Assembly (NCBI GenBank): GCA_018825785.1
Contig: JAHKAY010000006.1
Span: forward strand, 42,332 to 106,331
Length of the DNA: 64,000 nucleotides
Direction of reading: 5' to 3'
From: Chloroflexota bacterium
GTDB taxonomy: Bacteria; Chloroflexota; Dehalococcoidia; JACVQG01; JAHKAY01
Below, piece after piece: positions 8,333 through 19,208 of the stretch. Under the pieces are notes generated by a model. That model worked only from the letters and a program-made list of their open reading frames with translations. It was not told the DNA's origin and did no database searches. The position numbers and the translations under genes are program-made. Every line of letters starts with the position of its first letter. Position 1 is the stretch's first letter.

Positions 8333-8743
8333 TCAGGCAGGCAGGATAGAGAGTTGGATGGTGCGCCGGCGGGGGCGGGTGTCAAACTCCAGAAGGATTA
8401 TCTGCTGCCAGGGGCCAAGTATGAGCTGGCCCTCCCGGAAGGGGAGGGAAAGGGAAAAGCCGAAGAGGCAGGCCCTGAGGTGGGAGGTGGCGTTCTTCTC
8501 CTGCCAGGCCTGGTTGTGACGGTAGTCGGCGAGGGGGGGGACCAGCCTGTTCCCCAGGGCCCTCAGGTCCTCCAGCAGGCCCGGCTCATTTTCGTTGAGG
8601 ATGAGGCCAGCGGTGGAGCCCAGGACAAGGGCCACTACCACCCCAGAGGCCACCCCGCTCCCCTTCACCTTCTCCGCCACCCTGGCGGTGATGTCCAGGC
8701 AATCTCCGTCGCCCTTGGTGTCTAACTCCAGGCTCAGGTGCAT
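8333..8743 (-). CDS. yjbQ: YjbQ/UPF0047 family protein (secondary thiamine-phosphate synthase-like)
   Basis: 136 aa. STAGLILNENEPGLLEDL...NATSHLRACLFGFSLSLPFREGQLILGPWQQIILLEFD matches the family pattern. Confidence 0.75.
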   Translation of the reverse strand: MHLSLELDTKGDGDCLDITARVAEKVKGSGVASGVVVALVLGSTAGLILNENEPGLLEDLRALGNRLVPPLADYRHNQAWQEKNATSHLRACLFGFSLSLPFREGQLILGPWQQIILLEFDTRPRRRTIQLSILPA

Positions 8744-8756
8744 GACTTTCCCCCTT

Positions 8757-9515
8757 TCATAGTTCTACGCCATCCCAATTGACTTCATCCAGGAGAAACA
8801 CCGGGCCATCCCGGCAGACCAGGCGGTTGCCGTTTCCGGTGGGCACCGAGCAGCCCAGGCAGACCCCAAAGCCGCACCCCAGCCTCAACTCCAGGGAGAC
8901 CTGGACAGGCTTATCCTTGAGCTCAGGCATCCGGGCCAGGGCCCGTAGCATCTCTCCCGGCCCGCAGGCAAAGACCTGGTCCGCCTTAGCCAATAGCCCG
9001 GGCAACAGGTCCGTTGCCAGCCCCCTATCACCAAAGCTGCCATCTTCTGTCGCTATGACCGTCTTGAGTCCCGGGGGGAGGAGCTCCTGGGGATAGAGCC
9101 TCTCCTTCGTCCTGGCCCCCAGGAGGAGGGTAGCTTCCAGGCCCTTCTCCCCGGCCCTCTGGGCCAGGAAGGCCAAGGGGGCCACCCCCATCCCCCCTGC
9201 CACCAGCAGGACCCTTTTTGCCTTGCCATCCAGATGAAAACCCTTGCCCAGGGGCCCCAGGAGGTCCAGGGCCTCACCCGGCTTCCTCCGTGAGAGCCAG
9301 GAGGTGCCCTTCCCCACCACCTGAAAGAGGAAGGCGAGGCGGGAGGGGGTGGCGCGGTGGACGCTCAAGGGGCGGCGCAGGAAGACCCCTTCCCCGCAGC
9401 CCACCATTAAGAACTGCCCCGGCTCCAGGGCCATCTCCGGCCTCTCGGCCCACATAAGAAATATCCCGGGCCTGACCTCTTCCACCCAGAGGACAGGGGC
9501 GAAAAGGCGCTTCAA
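8757..9515 (-). CDS. pyrK: dihydroorotate dehydrogenase electron-transfer subunit PyrK
   Basis: 252 aa. It has an FAD/NAD-binding fold and the C-terminal [11 protein letters not shown]...CRDGPVF 2Fe-2S motif. It overlaps the carB stop by 4 nt. Confidence 0.85.
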   Translation of the reverse strand: MKRLFAPVLWVEEVRPGIFLMWAERPEMALEPGQFLMVGCGEGVFLRRPLSVHRATPSRLAFLFQVVGKGTSWLSRRKPGEALDLLGPLGKGFHLDGKAKRVLLVAGGMGVAPLAFLAQRAGEKGLEATLLLGARTKERLYPQELLPPGLKTVIATEDGSFGDRGLATDLLPGLLAKADQVFACGPGEMLRALARMPELKDKPVQVSLELRLGCGFGVCLGCSVPTGNGNRLVCRDGPVFLLDEVNWDGVEL

Positions 9516-12500
9516 GCCCTTTCCTTCACCCCGGCCCGGTAAAGGGGCAGGGGCAGGATGGAGTAGGGCTGGGCGGAATCAATGAGCACCTCCAGGGCCA
9601 CCCGGAAGGTGTCCAGGGAGGTAAAGCAGGGGATGCGCTGCTCCGCCGCTGCCCGGCGGATCTGGAAGCCGTCCCGGAGGGGTGTGCTCCCATGGGTCAG
9701 GGTGTTGACCACCCCCTCTACCTTTCCCCCCAGGATGATGTCCAGGACATTTGGATGGCCCTCGCTCAGCTTCTTGGAGATCTGGGTCACCTCCAGGCCG
9801 GCCCTCTCTATCAGGGTCGCGGTGCCCTCGGTGGCATAAAGGCGATACCCTGCCTGGGCCAGCCTTTGGACCAAAGGCAGGGCCTCCCCCTTGTCCCGGT
9901 CTGCTATGGAAAGGAGCAAGGCCCCCTGGGGCGGGAGCATGAGGCCCGCCGCCATGAGGGCCTTGGCCAGGGCGGGGCCGAAGGCATAGTCAATACCCAT
10001 GACCTCGCCGGTGGACTTCATCTCCGGGCCCAGGTAGGTATCCACCCCCGCCAGCTTGGACATGGAGAATACGGGGGCCTTCACCCCCACCAGCTTCTGC
10101 TTCTTCCACAGCCCCGATGGGTAGCCCAGCTCCCTCAGGCTGCGCCCCAGCATCACCTGGACCGCCAGGCGCACCATGGGCACCTCCGTGACTTTGGAGA
10201 TAAACGGGATGGTGCGGCTGGCCCGCGGGTTCACCTCCAGGACATAGACCGTGGAGCCTCCATCCCCGTCCCTCATGATGTCAAACTGGACATTCATCAG
10301 CCCCTTCACCTGGAGGGCTCTCCCGATGCGCAGGGTGTAGTCCACCAGGCTGTCCGCCTCGGCCTGGGTCAGGCCCAGGGCGGGATAGACAGCGATGGAA
10401 TCGCCGCTGTGGACCCCCGCCCTTTCAATATGCTCCATTATCCCGGGGATGAGGATACTCTCGCCGTCGCAGACCGCATCCACCTCGCACTCCTTCCCCC
10501 CCAGGTACTTATCGATAAGGACGGGGTGCTTGGAGTCCATCTCCATGGCCGCTCCCACATACCTCAGGAGCTCCTCGGGGTTGTGGACGATTTCCATAGC
10601 CCGGCCCCCCAGAACATAGCTGGGGCGGACCAGGACAGGGTAGCCTATCCGGGTAGCTATCTCCAGAGCCTCCCCCCGGGAGGTGACCCCGGCCCCAGGG
10701 GGCTGGGGGATACCCAGGCGGTTGAGGAAGTCCTCAAACCGCCGGCGGTCCTCCGCCAGGTCTATGGTCTCGGCCGAGGAGCCGGCGATGGGCAGGCCCG
10801 CCCGCACTAGAGGCTCGGCCAGGTTTATCGCCGTCTGGCCCCCAAACTGGACAATGGTGGGGGTGGTCTCCCCCTCATTCTCCAGGATGTCCCTCAAGCT
10901 TTCCTCATCCAGGGGTTCAAAATAGAGGCGGTCGGAGGTGTCAAAATCGGTGGAGACAGTCTCGGGGTTGGAGTTGACCATGATGGAGGCCATCCCCTCC
11001 CGGCTCAGGGCCCAGGCGGCATGGACGGAGCAGTAGTCAAACTCAATCCCCTGGCCGATGCGGATAGGCCCCGAGCCCACCACCACCGCCTTTTTCCCCT
11101 CCAGAGGCAGTGCCTCGTTCTCCTGCTCGTAGGTGCTGTAGAAGTAGGGCGTCTGGGCCTCAAACTCGGCGGCGCAGGTATCCACCATCTTGTAGACGGG
11201 CCTTATCCCCCACCCCCGGCGGAGCTGTCTCACCTGCTCCGGCAGGCGGTCGGCCAGGGTGGCGATTACCTCATCTGGGAAGCCCAGGCGCTTTGCCTGG
11301 CGCAGGAGGTCCTGAGTGAGGGGCTCGGACAGGAGTCGTCTTTCCATCTCCACCAGGTTCTGGAAGCGGGAGAGGAACCAGGGGTCCACCCCTGTCCTCT
11401 GGGCCAGCTCCCCGTGCCCCGCCCCCCTCCGGAGGGCCGCCAGCACCGCCCAGATGCGGAGGTCGTGGGGTGGATAGAGGGGGAACTGGCGCCAGTCGCT
11501 GCCCCAGCCCCTGTCCTCCCACAAGATGCTCTTGTTGCCGAACTCCAGGGACCGGATAGCCTTCTGGAAGGCGGCCTCAAAGCAGCGGTCAATGGCCATG
11601 ACCTCGCCCGTGGCCTTCATCTGGGTGCCGATGGTCCTCTCCCCCGAGGCGAACTTGTCAAAGGGCCAGCGAGGTATCTTCACCACACAGTAGTCCAGGG
11701 CAGGCTCAAAGGCAGCCGTGGTCTTGCCGGTGACCCGGTTCGGTATCTCGTCCAGGCGGCGGCCCACGGCAATCTTGGCCGCCACCCTGGCAATGGGGTA
11801 GCCTGTGGCCTTGCTGGCCAGGGCCGACGAGCGGCTAACCCTGGGGTTGACCTCAATGACATAGTAGGCACTCCCCTCCCCACCCCCCCATTTCTCCATT
11901 ACTATGGGGTGGGGCCTCAGGGCAAACTGGATGTTGCACCCCCCCTCAATCCCCAGGGCGCGGATTATCTTCAAGCTGGCGGAGCGGAGCATCTGATATT
12001 CCTTGTCGGTGAGGGTCTGGGAGGGGGCCACCACGATGCTGTCCCCCGTGTGCACCCCCATAGGGTCAATGTTCTCCATATTACAGACTGTAATGCAGGT
12101 ATCGGCCCCGTCCCGCATCACCTCGTATTCAATCTCCTTCCACCCCTCCAGGCTTTTCTCCACCAATACCTGGTGGATGGGGGAGGCGGCCAGTCCCCCC
12201 TGGACGATGCTGGTCATCTCCTCCCAGGTATGGGCCAGGCCCCCGCCGGTGCCCCCCAGGGTATAGGCGGGGCGGATGACCACTGGCAGGCCCAGCTTCT
12301 TGGCGGCGGCCTGGGCCTCCTCCAGGGTGGTGGCCGTCTCACTGGAGGGGACGGGTTCCCCGACTTCCAGCAGCATCTGGCGGAAGAGGGCCCGGTCCTC
12401 CGCCTTCTTGATGGTGGAGAGGGGGGTGCCCAGGAGGCGGACGCCGTATTTGTCCAGCACCCCCGCCTCCGCCAGCTCCACCGCCAGGTTCAGCCCGGTC

Positions 12501-12769
12501 TGGCCCCCCAGGGTGGGCAGTAGGCCATCAGGCCTTTCCCTTTCTATGACCCGGGCGATAGCCTCCACGGTGAGGGGTTCGATATAGACGATGTCGGCGA
12601 TGCCCTCATCGGTCATAATGGTGGCGGGGTTGGAGTTGACCAGGACCGAGACCACCCCCTCCTCCCGGAGGGCCTTGCAGGCCTGGGTCCCGGCGTAGTC
12701 GAACTCCGCCGCCTGCCCGATGATAATGGGCCCCGACCCTATGACCAGGACTTTTTTGGGCTTATCCAT
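9512..12769 (-). CDS. carB: carbamoyl-phosphate synthase large subunit
   Basis: 1085 aa. [35 protein letters not shown] is followed by a second ATP-grasp half ([30 protein letters not shown]) and an MGS-like C-terminus. Confidence 0.97.
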   Translation of the reverse strand: MDKPKKVLVIGSGPIIIGQAAEFDYAGTQACKALREEGVVSVLVNSNPATIMTDEGIADIVYIEPLTVEAIARVIERERPDGLLPTLGGQTGLNLAVELAEAGVLDKYGVRLLGTPLSTIKKAEDRALFRQMLLEVGEPVPSSETATTLEEAQAAAKKLGLPVVIRPAYTLGGTGGGLAHTWEEMTSIVQGGLAASPIHQVLVEKSLEGWKEIEYEVMRDGADTCITVCNMENIDPMGVHTGDSIVVAPSQTLTDKEYQMLRSASLKIIRALGIEGGCNIQFALRPHPIVMEKWGGGEGSAYYVIEVNPRVSRSSALASKATGYPIARVAAKIAVGRRLDEIPNRVTGKTTAAFEPALDYCVVKIPRWPFDKFASGERTIGTQMKATGEVMAIDRCFEAAFQKAIRSLEFGNKSILWEDRGWGSDWRQFPLYPPHDLRIWAVLAALRRGAGHGELAQRTGVDPWFLSRFQNLVEMERRLLSEPLTQDLLRQAKRLGFPDEVIATLADRLPEQVRQLRRGWGIRPVYKMVDTCAAEFEAQTPYFYSTYEQENEALPLEGKKAVVVGSGPIRIGQGIEFDYCSVHAAWALSREGMASIMVNSNPETVSTDFDTSDRLYFEPLDEESLRDILENEGETTPTIVQFGGQTAINLAEPLVRAGLPIAGSSAETIDLAEDRRRFEDFLNRLGIPQPPGAGVTSRGEALEIATRIGYPVLVRPSYVLGGRAMEIVHNPEELLRYVGAAMEMDSKHPVLIDKYLGGKECEVDAVCDGESILIPGIMEHIERAGVHSGDSIAVYPALGLTQAEADSLVDYTLRIGRALQVKGLMNVQFDIMRDGDGGSTVYVLEVNPRASRTIPFISKVTEVPMVRLAVQVMLGRSLRELGYPSGLWKKQKLVGVKAPVFSMSKLAGVDTYLGPEMKSTGEVMGIDYAFGPALAKALMAAGLMLPPQGALLLSIADRDKGEALPLVQRLAQAGYRLYATEGTATLIERAGLEVTQISKKLSEGHPNVLDIILGGKVEGVVNTLTHGSTPLRDGFQIRRAAAEQRIPCFTSLDTFRVALEVLIDSAQPYSILPLPLYRAGVKERA

Positions 12770-13196
12770 CCCCCGCCCGCTTCTTCATCTCCTGCTCAAT
12801 CAGCTCAAAGTCCTCTCTGGGTATTTCCCTGAGGCCCTCACGGAAGAGGCGGCCCCCGGGATGCCTGAGCTTTCCCGGGACAAAGCTCAGGTGAGGCGAC
12901 ACCGCCCCAGCCGGCAAGGCCTTGTCCTTTGGCAGGACGAGCTCCGGACGCCTTTCAAAGCGGACGGGGCGGACATTGTCCGGCCAGATGGGCCGCCACT
13001 CCACGAAGACGCGGGAGCGGGCCACGCAGATGGCCCCGAAGGCCTCCCACCCCCGGACGTAGTAGATAATCCTGTCCCCGGGCTCCACCCGGATGGCCTT
13101 CTCGAGGTCCTCCTCCTGGTAGCCGTCCAGGGCGAACTCGTTCCCAATGTCCAACTCAAAACTCTCCGGGCTGGTGCTGGAAAGCCAGTAGGCCAT
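12762..13196 (-). CDS. EVE (PUA-like) domain protein
   Basis: [14 protein letters not shown]...[25 protein letters not shown] resembles the EVE-domain N-terminus (MAYWL.KSEP) and core. I chose ATG at 13196, which gives a 4-nt gap to the upstream stop. This is a family call by eye only. Confidence 0.5.
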   Translation of the reverse strand: MAYWLSSTSPESFELDIGNEFALDGYQEEDLEKAIRVEPGDRIIYYVRGWEAFGAICVARSRVFVEWRPIWPDNVRPVRFERRPELVLPKDKALPAGAVSPHLSFVPGKLRHPGGRLFREGLREIPREDFELIEQEMKKRAGDG

Positions 13197-13200
13197 AAGG

Positions 13201-13509
13201 CTATCCCCAGGGGTAGAGGCGCTTGGCATCCGGGATGGATAGGCAGATGTCCTCGCTGCTTATGTCGGTGCTGCCCCGGGCCCTGGCCCTCCCCGCCGCG
13301 CACATCAGCAGGTTCAGGATGGCCTCCTTGATTTTCCCGTCCGAGAGCTCCCCTCTTTCCATCGCCGCCCGGAGACGGTCCTCCCCCGTCTTCCCCTGGA
13401 TGAGGATGACGTACTCGGCCATTCCCTCCACCCTCATCCCCTTGTTCTCCGCCAGGAACTCCGTGGTGGCATCAGCTACCAGCTGGGCCAAATTAAAGAT
13501 GGCTTTCAT
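13201..13509 (-). CDS. hypothetical 102-aa protein; the C-terminal half resembles a histone fold by eye
   Basis: ORF track entry. ...IKEAILNLLMCAAGRARARGSTDISSEDICLSI aligns by eye with the archaeal histone alpha2-L2-alpha3 segment (...AIKLARHAGRKTIKAEDIELAV). It is preceded by AAGGGTGAGG upstream of the ATG. Confidence 0.45.
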   Translation of the reverse strand: MKAIFNLAQLVADATTEFLAENKGMRVEGMAEYVILIQGKTGEDRLRAAMERGELSDGKIKEAILNLLMCAAGRARARGSTDISSEDICLSIPDAKRLYPWG

Positions 13510-13566
13510 AGAACCTCACCCTTTCTGCCAGGGCCTTCTGTTCAAGCCTGCCCCTGCGGCGAGCAG

Positions 13567-13611
13567 CCCTCACCCCCTGGCCCCCTCTCCGTTCAGGGAG
13601 AGGGGGGAATT
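13567..13611. repeat. GC-rich palindromic repeat, copy A (REP-like)
   Basis: The sequence is CCCTCACCCCCTGGCCCCCTCTCCgttcagGGAGAGGGGGgAATT. It has a 10-bp stem (13581-13590 pairs with 13597-13606). A near-identical copy lies at 14713-14755. Confidence 0.7.
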
Positions 13612-13636
13612 ATCTCGCCCCTGCATCCCGATAGCT

Positions 13637-14719
13637 TCATGTTTTCACCATCTCCAGGAATTTGTCAAAGATATACTCGTTGTCTCTGGGGCCGGGGGAG
13701 GCCTCGGAGTGGTACTGGATAGAGAAGATGGGCAGGTCTCTATGGGCCAGGCCCTCCACGGTGCCGTCGTTGAGGTTTATCTGGCTCACCTCCAGTCCCC
13801 CCTTAAGGCTGTCCCCGTCCAGGGCGTAGCCGTGGTTCTGGGCGGTGATGAACACCCGCCTCGATTTCAGGTCCTTTACCGGGTGGTTTGCCCCCCGGTG
13901 GCCGAACTTCAGCTTGAAGGTCCTCCCGCCAAAGACCTGCCCTAAAATCTGGTGCCCAAGGCAGATGCCCAGGAGGGGCTTCTTCCCGACAAGCCCCTTT
14001 GCTGTCCGGACAGTGTAGTCCAGCAGGGCCGGGTCCCCCGGGCCAGGGGAGAGGACTATGCCATCGGGCTTGAGGGCAAGAATGTCCTCGGCGGAGGCTG
14101 TTGCCGCCACAGCGGTGGCCCGGCAGCCCCTCCGGGCCACCAGGCGCAGGATATTATATTTGAGACCGTAGTCCAGCACAACGATGTGGTAGCTGGGGGC
14201 CGGGGGGGCAGGCCAGTCATAGGGGGCAGGGGTGGTTACCTCCTGGACAAAGTCCATCTCCCCGTAGCTGGGCCGGCTCTTGAGGATGCCCAGGGCCTCT
14301 TGCGGAGAAAGCCCCTGGGCCAGCATCCCCATCATCACCCCTCGCACCCTCAGCCTTCGGGTGATGGCCCGAGTGTCCACGCCCCAGAGGCCAGGGATGC
14401 CGTATTCCTTCAGGAACTGGTCCAGGGTCTTGTGGGAAAGCTCGTGGCTGGGGGTGGGGCAGAGCTCCCGGACCACAAAGCCCCGCACCTGGATTCTCTT
14501 GCTCTCAAAGTCCTGGGCGTTGATGCCGTAGTTCCCCTGGAGGGGATAGGTAGCCACAAGGACCTGGCCGGCATAGGAGGGGTCGGTGAGCATCTCCTGG
14601 TAGCCGGTCATGGCGGTGCTGAAGACCACCTCGCCATAGGCAGTGGTCTCCGCCCCAAAAGGGACGCCCTCATAGACCGACCCATCCTCCAGGACCAGGA
14701 AAGATTTAGCCACCCTCAC
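13637..14719 (-). CDS. carA: carbamoyl-phosphate synthase small subunit (glutamine amidotransferase)
   Basis: (V)RVAKSFLVLEDGSVYEGVPFGAE...LGICLGHQIL...GHRGANHP...QYHSEASPGP matches CarA. The track ORF extends to 14941 across non-coding palindromes. I start at GTG 14719, with GTG 14713 as the alternative. Confidence 0.9.
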   Translation of the reverse strand: MRVAKSFLVLEDGSVYEGVPFGAETTAYGEVVFSTAMTGYQEMLTDPSYAGQVLVATYPLQGNYGINAQDFESKRIQVRGFVVRELCPTPSHELSHKTLDQFLKEYGIPGLWGVDTRAITRRLRVRGVMMGMLAQGLSPQEALGILKSRPSYGEMDFVQEVTTPAPYDWPAPPAPSYHIVVLDYGLKYNILRLVARRGCRATAVAATASAEDILALKPDGIVLSPGPGDPALLDYTVRTAKGLVGKKPLLGICLGHQILGQVFGGRTFKLKFGHRGANHPVKDLKSRRVFITAQNHGYALDGDSLKGGLEVSQINLNDGTVEGLAHRDLPIFSIQYHSEASPGPRDNEYIFDKFLEMVKT

Positions 14720-14755
14720 CCCCTGTCCCCCTCTCCCTGGGGGAGAGGGGGAATT
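14713..14755. repeat. GC-rich palindromic repeat, copy B (REP-like); it overlaps the carA start/SD region
   Basis: The sequence is CCCTCACCCCCTGTCCCCCTCTCCCtggGGGAGAGGGGGAATT. It has a perfect 11-bp stem (14727-14737 pairs with 14741-14751) and a 3-nt loop. Confidence 0.7.
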
Positions 14756-14768
14756 TGAAATAGAGATT

Positions 14769-14817
14769 CCTGGGGGACACCCCCAGGCCCCCGCCAGAGG
14801 GGGCAAAGCCCCTCTGG
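14769..14817. repeat. two further perfect GC hairpins in the pyrC-carA spacer
   Basis: CCTGGGGG-aca-CCCCCAGG (14769-14787) and CCAGAGGGG-gcaaag-CCCCTCTGG (14794-14817). Neither is followed by a U-run on either strand. Confidence 0.6.
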
Positions 14818-14870
14818 ACACCCCCGTTCCCCAAAGGAGGACATCGCTTTCAATAACTTGTTTCTCCCCT

Positions 14871-16194
14871 TCATATCTTCGCTTTTCGGGACTCCGGGAC
14901 TTCCAGCTTGAGGGAGGGGTCCAGGTAAGCGGCCTTCCCACCCACCAGGGTGGCCATTACCCTGCCCTTAAGCTTCTCCCCACCCAGGGGGGTGTTCTTC
15001 CCCCGGGAGGCGAGGGCCTGGGGGTCCACCGTCCACTCCCTGTCGGGGTCAAAGATGACAACATCGGCGGGCCAGCCCACCTTGAGGCTCCCCAGCTCCT
15101 TTCCCAGGATGCGGGCCGGGCCTATGGTGAGACGGGCGACCAGCGTGAGGAGGTCCAGCTCGCCCCGGTGCACCAGGGCCATCAGGCTGCCCAGGGCCGT
15201 CTCCAGATTGGACATCCCCGGACCCGCCCGGGAGAACTCCACCAGCTTGTCCACGAGGGCGTGGGGGGCATGGTCAGTGGCCACCGCATCTATCAAGCCT
15301 TCCCTCAGTGCTTCGGCCAGGGCCTTCCTTTCCCGCTCCGAGCGCAGGGGGGGGTTGACCTTGAGGTTTGTATCGTAGGGGATAGGGGCCAGGAGCCTGT
15401 CATCGGTGAGGGTCAGGTGGTGGGGGGTGGCCTCGCAGGTCACTTTCACCCCCTTCTCCTTCCCCCTACGGATATGCTCCAGGGAACCCTGAGAGCTCAC
15501 ATGGTGGATATGGACATGCCCCCCGGTGAGGCCCGCCACGGCCACATCCCTGGCCACCGCCGCCTCTTCCGCCTGGGAGGGCATGCCCCGCAGGCCCAGG
15601 CGGAGGGAGACCACCCCCTCGTTCACCAGGCCCTCCCGGGCAAGCTCCGGGTCCTCACAGTGGTCCATAACGGGCAGGCCCAGGTAGCGGCTGAACTCCA
15701 GGGCCTGGCGCATAATCCGGGAGCCTGTCGGGTGGCCGTCATCGCTGAAGGCCACCGCCCCCGCCCGGGCCATGGCCTCCATCTCCACCAGCTCCTTCCC
15801 CACCCTGCCCCTGGTAAGGGCCCCTACAGGGAGGACCCTCACCAGGCCCTCTCTTGAGGCCTTGTCCTTCAGGAACTCTATCAGGGGAGGGGTGTCCACC
15901 GGGGGGCGGGTGTTGGGCATGGCGCAAACCGTGGTAAAGCCCCCCCGGCAGGCGGCCAGGGTGCCCGAGGCCATGGTCTCCTTGTCCTCCTGCCCCGGCA
16001 CCCGCAGGTGGCAGTGGAGGTCCACAAACCCGGGGGAGACCACCAGGCCCTGGCCCTGAAGGACCTTGTCCGGCTCCTGGGGCGGGGGGGCGTGGCCTAT
16101 CCACAGGACCCGACCCTTCCCCACGAGGATGTCTCTCACGCCGTCCAGCCCCTGGCCGGGGTCCATCAGCCTGCCTCCGGAGATAAGGATAAGG

Positions 16195-16208
<14 letters not shown>
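14871..16208 (-). CDS. pyrC: dihydroorotase
   Basis: 445 aa. GFVDLHCHLRVPGQEDKET carries the HxH metal motif. The protein is amidohydrolase-like throughout. Confidence 0.9.
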
Positions 16209-17753
<1,545 letters not shown>

Positions 17754-17773
17754 CTACCTCAGGGCCTTGTGCT

Positions 17774-17802
17774 ATTGTAACACAAAATCCGCCCCTTTTC
17801 AA
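17774..17802 (-). promoter_or_regulatory. sigma70-type promoter of the pyr operon
   Basis: On the minus strand: TTGAAA (17802-17797), a 17-nt spacer, then TACAAT (17779-17774) with an extended TGT. The -35 element overlaps the mobA stop codon. Confidence 0.65.
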
Positions 17803-18383
17803 GTCTCTTTCAGCCAGGTCTGGGCCTTTTCCAGGTCCTGGGGAGTATTGATGTTGAAAAAGGGGAGGGTGTCCCCCATCTCCCTCCCCTCCACATAGCG
17901 CACCTTCACTCGAGTGAACACCTCCAGAAGGGAGAGCTTTCCCTGGCGCAGGAGGTCTCTGAGGACGGGGAGGCATGTTCGGGAGTAGACGGCATGGAGG
18001 GGCTCTAAAAGCTCCCCCACCCGGGGGACAACCGCATCATAGCCGGGGGCCAGGGAGAGAAGATAGCCCAGGAGCTCGGGCCTGATGAAGGGCATATCGC
18101 AGGCCAGGGCCAGGGCATAATGGCTGGGGGAGAGGAGCAGGCCGGTGTAGAGCGCCCCCAGTGGGCCTTTCCCCGGGAGAATATCCGCTACTATCCTCAC
18201 CCCTGGGAGAAGGGGGAGGGGTCGCCCATCCCCCACCACCCACACCTCCCCCAGAGGCCTTGTCAGGCGGACGGCCCGTCCCAGGAGGGTTTCTCCCTCA
18301 AGCAATACGCCCGCCTTCTCACGGCCCAGGCGCAGGCCCTTCCCTCCGGCCAGGATGAGCACCACCGGCTTCACTGCTCCCAT
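17799..18383 (-). CDS. mobA: molybdenum cofactor guanylyltransferase MobA
   Basis: MGAVKPVVLILAGGKGLRLGREKAGVLLEGETLLGRAV is an NTP-transferase N-terminus typical of MobA. I place the start at ATG 18383. Confidence 0.7.
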   Translation of the reverse strand: MGAVKPVVLILAGGKGLRLGREKAGVLLEGETLLGRAVRLTRPLGEVWVVGDGRPLPLLPGVRIVADILPGKGPLGALYTGLLLSPSHYALALACDMPFIRPELLGYLLSLAPGYDAVVPRVGELLEPLHAVYSRTCLPVLRDLLRQGKLSLLEVFTRVKVRYVEGREMGDTLPFFNINTPQDLEKAQTWLKET

Positions 18384-18509
18384 TTTACCAGACCATCTCC
18401 CCAGCCGTTTTGTGAGTTTGGTCGCTTCTTTTTTGTATGTTCTACAACCCTGGATTTCCCATATCAAACAGGGGCACAAATACGGTTCCTATGGTGGGAT
18501 AGCACATCC

Positions 18510-18538
18510 TTGACAGCCGAGTCCCGGAGTCTTACTAT
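18510..18538 (+). promoter_or_regulatory. sigma70-type promoter upstream of the PT-rich lipoprotein gene
   Basis: TTGACA (18510-18515), a 17-nt spacer, then TACTAT (18533-18538). Confidence 0.55.
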
Positions 18539-18586
18539 CGGCACAGGTGGGTATACGCGGCTGGCACGTCCTTACCGAGAGCTGAA

Positions 18587-19192
18587 ATGGGAAATCAAGG
18601 GTCAAGAGGGCAGCGGATAGTCAGATTTGTTGTCATTGTGCTCTTGCTCGCCGCTTTGGGCGTATGGACCGTTGCCTGCGGAGCGAGGCAGCCTACACCT
18701 ACCCCAACTCTTACTCCTGCCCCCACGCAAACTCCTGCTTCCATCCCTACTCGCACGCCCACACCTAGCCCAACACCCACGCCTGCCCCCACCTCAACGC
18801 CCACTCCTACCGGCACGCCCACCGTTACTCCTGCCCCGCCTCCCGTCACTCCTCTTACTCCTGAAGTTACTCCTCCCCCTGTTCCTCCCGCTACTACGAC
18901 AACATATGAACTCCTGTTTCGTGACGGTACAATGGAAAGAATCCCCATTGACCTGAGGAAAGGGGACATTGTGGCGGTGTCAGTAGACGTACCCTCCCCA
19001 GGGCAGATTATGGCGGTTGGAGTGGAGGACCCGGCCGGGGGAGGCCTTGAATTCCAGGCCGTCTATTATGATGACCGAGAAGTCACGTTTAAGGCTGTAA
19101 CAGACGGAAAACACAATATTGTTGTGGCCCAGATGGACTCCAGAGGGGGTGCAGCGGCCGTCGTCATCAAATACTACCCTGCGGGGTCGTAG
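18587..19192 (+). CDS. putative lipoprotein with a Pro/Thr-rich linker and a small beta-rich C-terminal domain
   Basis: 201 aa. The signal peptide carries a lipobox-like LGVWTVAC. A PT-rich linker of about 85 aa follows (PTPTPTLTPAPTQTP...), then a globular ~95-aa domain. Confidence 0.6.
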   Translation: MGNQGSRGQRIVRFVVIVLLLAALGVWTVACGARQPTPTPTLTPAPTQTPASIPTRTPTPSPTPTPAPTSTPTPTGTPTVTPAPPPVTPLTPEVTPPPVPPATTTTYELLFRDGTMERIPIDLRKGDIVAVSVDVPSPGQIMAVGVEDPAGGGLEFQAVYYDDREVTFKAVTDGKHNIVVAQMDSRGGAAAVVIKYYPAGS

Positions 19193-19208
19193 CGAGGCGG
19201 GCACCTGA

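Noticed and set aside
9692-12523. Plus-strand ORFs of 372 aa and 500 aa lie antisense to carB.
   Set aside because: They are shadow ORFs with a biased G/P/H/L/Q composition and no recognisable motifs. carB on the minus strand is continuous and highly conserved.
14720-14941. The ORF track gives carA a 74-codon N-terminal extension (MGRPLTWTPPSSWKS...).
   Set aside because: The extension reads through three perfect GC palindromes and the REP-like repeat. It has no CarA similarity. CarA homology begins at (V)RVAKSFLVLEDG.
18690-18900. A short-period repetitive DNA stretch (ACNCCN-type repeats) could be mistaken for a repeat array or CRISPR.
   Set aside because: It is in frame within the lipoprotein ORF and encodes a Pro/Thr linker. 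It has no repeat-spacer organisation and no cas genes.
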